From the NCBI GenBank assembly GCA_045863855.1, contig BTVV01000025.1, forward strand, positions 1 to 64,000: a stretch of 64,000 nucleotides of DNA. The letters run 5' to 3'. Made by a program: the position numbers and the translations under genes. Source of the stretch: Planctomycetota bacterium (GTDB lineage: Bacteria > Planctomycetota > SZUA-567 > H5-PLA8). The notes under the pieces are model-generated. The model was not told the DNA's origin. It saw nothing but the letters and a program-made list of their open reading frames with translations, and searched no databases. Below, piece after piece: positions 56,256 through 64,000 of the stretch. The number at the start of each line of letters is the position of its first letter. The first letter of the stretch is position 1.

Positions 56256-57482
56256 ATGAAGAAAGCGGAAGCACCCATTACGAACGCGTCTCGTATACCT
56301 AAACATAGGCAGGTATACGAGTTACTGCTTTCGCGCATCGGCAGTGGCGAATATCCGCCAGGAACCCGACTACCGCCCGAAACCGAACTTCCTTCCCAGT
56401 TGGGCGCCAGCTTACAAACCACACGCTGGGCTTTGCAGGAACTGGTGCGTAGCGGACTCTTGATCCGGCGGCGCGGGGACGGCACCTATGTGGCCGACCA
56501 GCGCGATCCGCCGCTGATCGATGGACGGTCCTTGCGCATGGGATTGCTGCTGCCGGTCGAGGCCTGCCACAAGAATCACTATTACTCCTTTTATGGGCAG
56601 GTTTGCCGGGGCATCCTGGCCGAGTGGGGCGCCGCCGAGGTCGCGCTCTCGTGGCATTCGCGCGGAAAGTCGGGCGCGACTCGGGCGGAAGTGCGCCAAC
56701 CCCGACGCGGGTTGATGGTTGAGGTGCTGGGCGAGCCACGCGATACCGCCGAACGACACCCTCCCTTGGAAGACGTGCTGCGAGGGCGCTTTGACGGGTT
56801 CATTTCCGTGGGCGTCATCGAGGTACCCTTTCTGGAGAAGGTCATTGAGTTGGGCGTACCGACGGTGATCGTGGATTTCCCGAACGCGCCGTTTCACGCC
56901 AAGGCAGACCTCGTTTTCGCCGACGCGGTGGGCGGATACATCGGCGCCGTGCAAGCGCTGGTGGCCCAAGGCGCCAAGCACATCCATTACCTTGGACATC
57001 GCAAGTGGATGCCGAGCAAATCCGGGGAAAACGTCAAACGCTGGCGGAAAACCCGCTCCCAGACGCGGCTGGATCCGGACGGTTTGCTGCGCCTGAACGC
57101 CTACCGCCAAGGCCTCGACCTGGAAGGCATCGCACTGCGTGACGACTGGATTCATTTCGTACAGGTCAACGAACGCCAGTTCGACGATCTGGCCGATCGC
57201 CTGGCTGCCATGGACGAAGCCAATCGGCCCGATGCGCTCGTGAGCCAGGATGTCGGGTCCGCAAACCTGATGATCCAGAAATGCGCGGCGCGGGGCTTGA
57301 CCTTGCTGGGCACCGGAGCGTGTTCCGGCCCGGTCACCGGCCCGGCGCTGCCGATCGTCTTAGACGGCGAAGAGATGGGCCGCGTCGGGGCCGACCTGCT
57401 GCTGGGCCGCTTGCAGCGTCCCCGGCGGCCTTTCCTGAGCGTGGGCGTCCGGATGACCTTCGGGCCGCCCCCGCTCGATTGA
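56256..57482 (+). CDS. GntR-family regulator with a LacI/periplasmic-binding-type effector domain (AraR-like architecture)
   Basis: PKHRQVYELL...YPPGTRLPPETEL...RRRGDGTYV wHTH; C-terminal FDGFI...PTVIVD...ALVAQGAKHIHYLG...PDALV. Confidence 0.85.
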   Translation: MKKAEAPITNASRIPKHRQVYELLLSRIGSGEYPPGTRLPPETELPSQLGASLQTTRWALQELVRSGLLIRRRGDGTYVADQRDPPLIDGRSLRMGLLLPVEACHKNHYYSFYGQVCRGILAEWGAAEVALSWHSRGKSGATRAEVRQPRRGLMVEVLGEPRDTAERHPPLEDVLRGRFDGFISVGVIEVPFLEKVIELGVPTVIVDFPNAPFHAKADLVFADAVGGYIGAVQALVAQGAKHIHYLGHRKWMPSKSGENVKRWRKTRSQTRLDPDGLLRLNAYRQGLDLEGIALRDDWIHFVQVNERQFDDLADRLAAMDEANRPDALVSQDVGSANLMIQKCAARGLTLLGTGACSGPVTGPALPIVLDGEEMGRVGADLLLGRLQRPRRPFLSVGVRMTFGPPPLD

Positions 57483-57501
57483 ACGCAAACTAGCCGGAGG
57501 C

Positions 57502-60462
57502 ATGGCCGTGATCGTACGGTTTCCGTTGCTGCCCCTGCTGGTCCTGTCGGGCGTGGTCTTGGCGGGTTCGCCCGAGGACGAGTGGAAGGTCAAGCGCGAG
57601 CAGGTTTTCGACTTCGAGACACCGCCGTCCCTGGAGCGCGACGGCGACCGGGTGACGATCACCTTCACCGCGCGAGGCTTTTGCGACGCCACGGTGGCCG
57701 TCGAAGGGCCGGACGGGCGGATCCTGCGCCACTTGGCCTGCGGCGTCCTGGGACCCAACGCACCAGAACCGTTCGCGAAAAACAGCCGCGTTCAGAAGCT
57801 GGTCTGGGACGGCAAGGACGAACGCGGAAGGTATGTGGAAGTCGCGGACCAGTGCCGCATACGCGTTTCGCTGGGGCTCAAAGCGCAGTTCGAACGCGCC
57901 CTGCTAAGTGAGCCCAAGCGCCGCATGGGCGCAGGGCTGGGCGTCGGCGTCAGTCCCAGCATCAACCTGCCCGTACCACTGCTGGCGGCCGGTCCGGAAG
58001 GCGTGCTGGTCTTCGAAGGCCACGGACTGGACCATCTGCGACTCTTCGATCACGACGGGAACTACCTGCGCACGATTTACCCGTTCCCAGCCGGCAAAAC
58101 CGATCAGGTGCTGGGCGTGGGCCGGGCGGTCTTTCCCTCCGATGGCGCGGATCTGCCGTTCAAGAACGGTTTTTTGCGCGGAACGCTGCTGACGTCCGGC
58201 GCTTCGGGGCAGCGCAACAGCTATTACGGCTGCATGTTCGGAGCGGGCGCCACGGCGATGGCCGTCCAGGACCGCCGCATCGCGCTGACGCACTATCGCC
58301 TGAACCGTCTAGCCACGGACGGCACCTCCGGCGGCCTCCCGCTGACCGGCCCCGACGTGGGCAAGGACTACCGCGCGCACGGCTCCAACCGCGGCAAGAA
58401 CGACATGAATCTCCAGGCCTTTCCCAACAGCGTGGCCTTCAGCCCCGACGGAAAGTATCTTTACCTCGCGGGATACCAGATTCGCGACGGCGTACCCGGG
58501 CGCAACTTGAACAAGGAATGCCTGCAAGGCGTCCTGCGCCTGGAGTACGGCTCCGACAAGCCGCCGGAGCTTTTCGCCGGCAACATGGACCCGGGAGTCA
58601 AGACCGGGACCGACAACAACAGCTTCAAGGATCCCGTTTCCGTCGCGGTGGATAAGGAAGGGCGCGTCTACATCGCCGACTTTGGGAACGACCGCATCCA
58701 GGTGTACGACACCTCGGCCAAGCATTTGAAGTCCATCAAGGCTTCCAAACCTGCGCGGATCTTCGTGCATCCCAAGACAGGCGAGTTGTACGTATTCTCC
58801 TGGCTCCTGATGACCGAAGCCGTCGCGGGCAAGGACAAACTCTCCGTAGCCAAACCCACGCTGGTGCGCATGGGTTCCTTCCAGAACCCCGAGGTGAAAC
58901 AAAAGCTGGAGCTTCCGTTTAAGCCGACCGCGGGCTGGCAGCCCATGGATTTGTGGGGCGGCTTGGAGCACCAAGTCGCCGTGGATTTCTGGGCCGCGAA
59001 GCCGCGTATCTGGGTTTGCTCCAGTTCGATCGCATACTGGATGCCCGGCACGGGAGAACCCGGCGGCTCCTTGGGCGCGGACAAACAGGGCTCCGAACCT
59101 TGGGACCGAAAAAATGTTCAGATCTACGAAGAGAAAGACGGGAAGCTCGCGCAAGTAGCCGATTTCGGAGCGGATGTGCGCAAGACGCTCCCCCGGAGCG
59201 ATCCGCCCTTCTTCTGGCGGCAGCGGCTCTACGTGAATCCGGCGACGGGAAAACTCTACATCGGCGAAGGCAACCGTACGCGCTGGTACAAGGCCTTTCA
59301 TCAGTTGATCGAATTGGATCCCGCGGACGGCAGCAGCCGGATCGTCGAACTGCCTTTCAGCGCGGAGGACGCAGCCTTCGATCTCGAAGGATTTCTATAT
59401 TTGCGCACGAACACCGCCGTCACGCGCTGGGAACTGTCCAGTATGCGTGAAGTGCCGTTCGACTACGGCGAAGAGAAGAAAGGCATCGGCTTCGCACCCG
59501 ACGCGGGCGGCAAAAAGGGCGATGCGCAGGGGGCGCTGGCGCTTATGGCGCCGCCCTATGTCTCGCATTGGCACAACGGCGGGCTCTGGGTTTCGCCCAA
59601 GGGGCACGTCGTCGTGCCTTGCCTGATCAACAAGGAAGAGAGCCTGGATCCGGAATTTCTCGGCACGCCGGGCGATGTGGTGGCCAATCGCAATCAGGTA
59701 CAGTCGGCTTCCTCGACGCCCCTGTACTGTCCCCCGCTCTTTCCCGGCCGCAAGCGCTGCGGCGAAGTTCACGTCTACGACCAGAAGGGCAAACTGCTTT
59801 ACGAAGACGCGATTCCCGGTATTCGCAAGCTTTTCGCCATCGCCATGGATCGCGACGACAACCTCTATCTGCTTTCCCATGGTGCGCGCGTGCTTTCGGA
59901 CGGCAAGACGTTCAATCCGCGCACCGCGACCTTGATGAAGGTCAAGCCCGGCGTTTCCCGCACGCTGAACGACCACCAAGGCGGCGGCAAGTATCCCAAC
60001 CCGCCGATTCCGCTCAAGGACGAGGACAAGCCCAAGCGCCCCCATGACGTTCGAAACGGCCTCACCGGCGAATGGCTGGTCAACGGCGAATGGATGTACG
60101 GCGGTCTGATCTTTTCGGGCAAAGGCGACACGGATACCGGGGGTGGATGCTCGTGCTGGAACGGCCGCTTCACGCTGGATCTGTTCGGACGCTCGTTCGC
60201 GCCCGAGACGGATCACTACAGCATCGCGGTGCTGGACAGCAACGGGAACCTGCTGCTCCGCATCGGCCAGTACGGGAACCGCGACAGCGCCGGCCCGAAG
60301 AGCGCGCTACCGCTGGGCGGCGACGAAGTGGGACTCTTCCATGCCCAATACGTCGGCGTGGATACCGACCGGCGCCTGTTCGTGGCCGACGGAGGCAACG
60401 CGCGCCTGCTAAGCGTAAAGCTGGACTACCACCAAACCGCGATTCTGCCGTTGAAGCGCTGA
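57502..60462 (+). CDS. Secreted Ig-like + NHL beta-propeller protein, paralog 2 (986 aa)
   Basis: GGAGG RBS; signal peptide; LVWDGKDERG; FKDPVSVAVDKEGRVYIADFGNDRIQVY; GCSCW. Confidence 0.85.
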   Translation: MAVIVRFPLLPLLVLSGVVLAGSPEDEWKVKREQVFDFETPPSLERDGDRVTITFTARGFCDATVAVEGPDGRILRHLACGVLGPNAPEPFAKNSRVQKLVWDGKDERGRYVEVADQCRIRVSLGLKAQFERALLSEPKRRMGAGLGVGVSPSINLPVPLLAAGPEGVLVFEGHGLDHLRLFDHDGNYLRTIYPFPAGKTDQVLGVGRAVFPSDGADLPFKNGFLRGTLLTSGASGQRNSYYGCMFGAGATAMAVQDRRIALTHYRLNRLATDGTSGGLPLTGPDVGKDYRAHGSNRGKNDMNLQAFPNSVAFSPDGKYLYLAGYQIRDGVPGRNLNKECLQGVLRLEYGSDKPPELFAGNMDPGVKTGTDNNSFKDPVSVAVDKEGRVYIADFGNDRIQVYDTSAKHLKSIKASKPARIFVHPKTGELYVFSWLLMTEAVAGKDKLSVAKPTLVRMGSFQNPEVKQKLELPFKPTAGWQPMDLWGGLEHQVAVDFWAAKPRIWVCSSSIAYWMPGTGEPGGSLGADKQGSEPWDRKNVQIYEEKDGKLAQVADFGADVRKTLPRSDPPFFWRQRLYVNPATGKLYIGEGNRTRWYKAFHQLIELDPADGSSRIVELPFSAEDAAFDLEGFLYLRTNTAVTRWELSSMREVPFDYGEEKKGIGFAPDAGGKKGDAQGALALMAPPYVSHWHNGGLWVSPKGHVVVPCLINKEESLDPEFLGTPGDVVANRNQVQSASSTPLYCPPLFPGRKRCGEVHVYDQKGKLLYEDAIPGIRKLFAIAMDRDDNLYLLSHGARVLSDGKTFNPRTATLMKVKPGVSRTLNDHQGGGKYPNPPIPLKDEDKPKRPHDVRNGLTGEWLVNGEWMYGGLIFSGKGDTDTGGGCSCWNGRFTLDLFGRSFAPETDHYSIAVLDSNGNLLLRIGQYGNRDSAGPKSALPLGGDEVGLFHAQYVGVDTDRRLFVADGGNARLLSVKLDYHQTAILPLKR

Positions 60463-60562
60463 AAGGGAGGCCTCAAACCGCTCGAATAGTTCGGTTTCAT
60501 CGAGAAGATCGGTGTATGTAATTAAGATGCATTATTTGTCATAATTACGGAGCCATCTTCCA

Positions 60563-63493
60563 ATGACCGAGAATCATTTCAATCCTGAAAAGTATCGAAG
60601 AATTAGAGGGGCACGCCCTGCGCGTCTGGCGATAGGCCTGGCGCTGCTGGCCGCATGTTCGCTGCGCTCCGCGGAGAACACCGCCGAATATCAAATTAAA
60701 CGCCAGGAAGTATTCGAGTTCACCGAACCGCCCTCGCTCGCCATTCAAGGCGACCGAGTGGAGATTTCCTTCGCCTCCAAAGCGTACTGCGACGCCACCG
60801 TCGCGATTCTGGACCCGGAAGGACACATCGTCCGCCACCTTGCCAGCGGCGTGCTGGGACCCCGCGCCCCCGAACCCTTCCAGCAGAACGCGCTCAAGCA
60901 GACGCTCGTTTGGGACGGGAAAGACGATCAAGGCAAGTACCGCGACGACCGCGAGCGCCTCTCCGTGCGGGTCTCGCTGGGCCTGAAGCCGGCGTTCGAG
61001 AAGCCATTATTCTGGGAGCCGAAAAAGCGCATGGCCTCCAACCCGCCCATCCTGTGTTCGACCGAGCAGGGCGTGTACGTTTACGATGGGTTGTCGGTGG
61101 ATTTCGTGCGCCAATTCGATCATCAGGGCGAGTATGTCCGCACGGTCTATCCATTCCCCGCCGACAAAATCGCATCCATCGAAGGCCTGCATTGGCACGA
61201 ATATCCGCAGGACGGAAAGCGCCTTCCGGTGAAGGGCAACTTCCTGCAGAACACGATGCTGTCCAGCGGTGTCAACGCACTGGATGCCACCTATAAGGCA
61301 CAAAAGCGACAATACGATTCGGTGGTGAGCAGCGGCAACGCGCATTTTGGAATGTACGCCTCGGGCGCCACGGCCATGGCCGTCCGGAAAGGCCGCCTCG
61401 CGCTCGCGTCCATGTCCGTCAATCGCTTCGGCTCTGACGGTTCCGGCGGAGGACTCAAGTTCCGCGGGCCCACGGTCTCCTTTCCCGCACAACTTCGCGC
61501 TATGCACGAACACAAGGGCGGCACCCATCAGATCGGACCGCGCAGCGCGGCACTCAGCCCCGACGGGCGCTGGCTGTATCTGTCCTGCTATTTTTGGAAC
61601 CAGGCATGGAACCAGGACGGACTGCATGGCGTGCTCAAAGTCGACATGGAATCCGACGCCGAGCCCACGGTCTTCGCGGGCAGCTTCAAGCAAAACGATT
61701 CGGGCTCCGAGAACGGCCGCTTCCGCTACGCCACCGGTATCGCCTGCGATGCGCAAGGGCGCGTGTACGTCGGCGACTACATGAACCAGCGCATCCAAGT
61801 CTTTGCCCCCGACGGCAAGCACCTTAAGAGTATCCCCACCCCCTACCCCGTCGACCTGGCGATACACCACAAGACCGGCGAGATCTACGCGTTCTCCTGG
61901 CAGTTGGGCAATTACCAGCTCGTGGCGGAGTGCGATGCCGCTCAGAAGGCGCAAAAGACCCTGCGCATCCCGGCCTTGGCCACGCGACTGGGCCCGTTCG
62001 ACGATCCCAAGCCTCGCGCCACCTTCGACCTCCCCTTCGAACAGTACAATCCGCAGGTGGGGTTCTACATGGGGGTTACGCGCTACGGCCTGCAGTTTCG
62101 CGTGGCGCTCGACTCCTACTCTGAGCCGGCGACGATCTGGATGGTGCCGGGACAGACCGACTCCGAAAACTTCGGCGTGCAGGGCTCGGGTTGGGCGAAA
62201 GGCGGTATCCGCCTTTTGCAGGAGAAGGACGGCAAGCTTGCGGTGATCAAGGACTTCGGCCAGGATGCGTTGAAGTCGGTCAAACGCCTGCGTCCTCCCG
62301 TGTACGGACGACAGCGCCTTTATGTGAATCCCAAGAGCGGCAAGCTCTACGTGGGCGAAGGACAGGAACCCGACGGCACCGGATGCGAAAAGGCATTTCT
62401 CGAACTGGTCGAGATCGATCCCGAATCCGGCGCGATCGAACTCGTGAACCTTCCTTTCGATGCCGAAGAGATGTGTTTCGATCTCGACGGCCACGGTTAC
62501 CTGCGCGGGCGCGCGTCGGTCGGCCGGTTCAATGCCACAACTTGGCAGGAAGTGCCCTGGGACTATGGGGAAGAACTGGACGGCGTGCGTTTTTCGTCCG
62601 GCACGCGCGGCAAAGGCACGCGGCTCCTCTCGGGCCTGCCGGTCTTTCAGGGCATCAACTGGCACATGGGCGGGATGGGCTGTTCACCGCTAGGACATTT
62701 CGCCGTCTCCTGTTACACCGGGAAGGATGTCGAGGACCGCAAGGAGACCAAAGTCGCCAGCGGCGGCAAAGAGTACGCGCCCACGCTATATCCCGGACGC
62801 GTATTCGGCGGAAAGACCGCGTTGATTCACATCTGGGACCGCAAAGGCAAACTTCTGTGCGAAGACGCGGTGCCCGGACTGCCCGACCTTTACGGCTTGG
62901 AAATCGACCGACAGGGCAACCTGTACGTACTCTCTTCGGCCACGCGGCATCTGAACGGCACCCGCTATTTCAACGACATGACCGGCACCTTGATCAAGTT
63001 CAAACCCAAACAGGCCCGCGTGCTGAGCGACTCCGCGAAGGTGACACCCCTGGGTTCGAAGCCCGAGCGGGCGCCGGATTTCAGCTCCGCGATGCAGGGC
63101 GCGGGCTGGGTGGAAGGCGCGGAATGGATGTACGGTGGCGTAGGATACTGCGGCAAGAATCGCGGTGTCGGCTGCGCCTGCTGGAGCACGCGCTTCTGCC
63201 TCGACCTCTACGCGCGCTCCTTCGTCTCCGAACAAGACCGTTACAGCGTCGCGGTGCTGGATACGAACGGGAACCTGATCCTGCGCATGGGCGCTTACGG
63301 CAATGAAGATAGCCGCGGCGCGCGAAGCCCCGTGCCGCTGGGCGGGGACGAGATCGGATTTTTCCTGGGCGCCTACTTGGCTACGCATACCGACAAGCGC
63401 CTGTTCGTCGCCGATGCCGGGAACGCGCGCATCGTCAGCGTGAGTTTGGGATACCATGCCAGCACGACGCTGCCGCTCAAGAAGCAGGACTGA
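60563..63493 (+). CDS. Secreted Ig-like + NHL beta-propeller protein, paralog 3 (976 aa)
   Basis: GGAG RBS; signal peptide (possible LAAC lipobox); LVWDGKDDQG; FRYATGIACDAQGRVYVGDYMNQRIQVF; GCACW. Confidence 0.85.
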   Translation: MTENHFNPEKYRRIRGARPARLAIGLALLAACSLRSAENTAEYQIKRQEVFEFTEPPSLAIQGDRVEISFASKAYCDATVAILDPEGHIVRHLASGVLGPRAPEPFQQNALKQTLVWDGKDDQGKYRDDRERLSVRVSLGLKPAFEKPLFWEPKKRMASNPPILCSTEQGVYVYDGLSVDFVRQFDHQGEYVRTVYPFPADKIASIEGLHWHEYPQDGKRLPVKGNFLQNTMLSSGVNALDATYKAQKRQYDSVVSSGNAHFGMYASGATAMAVRKGRLALASMSVNRFGSDGSGGGLKFRGPTVSFPAQLRAMHEHKGGTHQIGPRSAALSPDGRWLYLSCYFWNQAWNQDGLHGVLKVDMESDAEPTVFAGSFKQNDSGSENGRFRYATGIACDAQGRVYVGDYMNQRIQVFAPDGKHLKSIPTPYPVDLAIHHKTGEIYAFSWQLGNYQLVAECDAAQKAQKTLRIPALATRLGPFDDPKPRATFDLPFEQYNPQVGFYMGVTRYGLQFRVALDSYSEPATIWMVPGQTDSENFGVQGSGWAKGGIRLLQEKDGKLAVIKDFGQDALKSVKRLRPPVYGRQRLYVNPKSGKLYVGEGQEPDGTGCEKAFLELVEIDPESGAIELVNLPFDAEEMCFDLDGHGYLRGRASVGRFNATTWQEVPWDYGEELDGVRFSSGTRGKGTRLLSGLPVFQGINWHMGGMGCSPLGHFAVSCYTGKDVEDRKETKVASGGKEYAPTLYPGRVFGGKTALIHIWDRKGKLLCEDAVPGLPDLYGLEIDRQGNLYVLSSATRHLNGTRYFNDMTGTLIKFKPKQARVLSDSAKVTPLGSKPERAPDFSSAMQGAGWVEGAEWMYGGVGYCGKNRGVGCACWSTRFCLDLYARSFVSEQDRYSVAVLDTNGNLILRMGAYGNEDSRGARSPVPLGGDEIGFFLGAYLATHTDKRLFVADAGNARIVSVSLGYHASTTLPLKKQD

Positions 63494-63521
63494 AAATTAG
63501 AATCGCCCGCAGGAGTTCCGC

Positions 63522-64000
63522 ATGCATCTCGCCCGCCTCCCTGCTTCGCTTCACGCCCCGATCCTTGCCGGGGCCATCCTGTGCGCGGTGTCCGCCGGTT
63601 TCACGGCAGGAGCCGAGGTGAAGGAACTGGCGGTCAAGCGCCAGGAGGTTTTCGAGTTCGTATCCAAGCCCGTGCTTGAGCGTAGCGGCGATCACGTGGA
63701 CATCCGCTTCGAGGTCAAAGCCGCATGCGATGCGACGGTCGCCATCGAGAACGCGGAAGGGCGGATCGTCCGGCACTTCGCGTCTGGCGTCTTAGGCCCG
63801 CATGCGCCCGAACCCTTTCAGAAAGACTCGCTGAAACAGAATCTGCGCTGGGACGGCAAGGACGACGCCGGTCAATACGTGGACCGCAAGTCCCAATGCA
63901 AGGTCCGCGTCTCGCTGGGCCTTAAGGCGAGTCTGGACCGCGTGATGCTCTGGGACGCCAAGCGCCGCTACGGGCGGCAGACGCCTATCCTAAAGGCGGT
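63522..64000 (+). CDS. Secreted Ig-like + NHL beta-propeller protein, paralog 4 (5' part; runs off the window; absent from the ORF track)
   Basis: Hand translation from ATG 63522 (AGGAG RBS): ...VKRQEVFEF...ACDATVAIE...RIVRHFASGVLGPHAPEPFQ...WDGKDDAGQY...VRVSLGLK. Confidence 0.85.
   Translation, partial: MHLARLPASLHAPILAGAILCAVSAGFTAGAEVKELAVKRQEVFEFVSKPVLERSGDHVDIRFEVKAACDATVAIENAEGRIVRHFASGVLGPHAPEPFQKDSLKQNLRWDGKDDAGQYVDRKSQCKVRVSLGLKASLDRVMLWDAKRRYGRQTPILKA

Noticed and set aside
57502..64000. Paralog array as a diversity-generating retroelement or shufflon target
   Set aside because: No reverse transcriptase, recombinase or near-identical TR/VR nucleotide repeats seen; similarity is at protein level with synonymous divergence

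Overview
GC-rich bacterial DNA. The gene content (many signal-peptide/HEAT/beta-propeller proteins, a BatA-VWA-MoxR-DUF58 operon, many AraC + PhyH pairs, an ECF sigma with a large anti-sigma) suggests Planctomycetota/PVC; this is inference only. The left half (1-30.5 kb) holds core-like metabolic and regulatory genes: AraC-enzyme modules, a ROK-regulated amino-sugar locus (DUF4954-like protein, NagB/PIG-L fusion, NagB), a phosphodiesterase, a candidate ~180-nt rod-shaped ncRNA, a pyrK/NnrE/MBL operon, an ECF sigma/anti-sigma pair, an orphan sugar-ABC ATPase and tRNA-Thr(CGT). Downstream of the tRNA is an accessory-looking block and the best candidate for an undescribed system. It has a translationally coupled 10-gene, ~19.6-kb operon (BatA/VWA, VWA/GATase-like, secreted prenyltransferase-repeat protein, DUF4175-like, NPCBM, lipoprotein, two MoxR ATPases of which one has a Walker A K->R change, DUF58, 1584-aa TPR/PQQ-propeller). 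This operon is divergent from a GntR/LacI-type regulator and is flanked by at least four paralogous ~950-aa secreted Ig-like + NHL beta-propeller proteins; the three complete copies share a G-C-x-C-W motif. No CRISPR array, rRNA, integrase or transposase was recognised. All family calls come from motif recognition by eye; no database searches were run.
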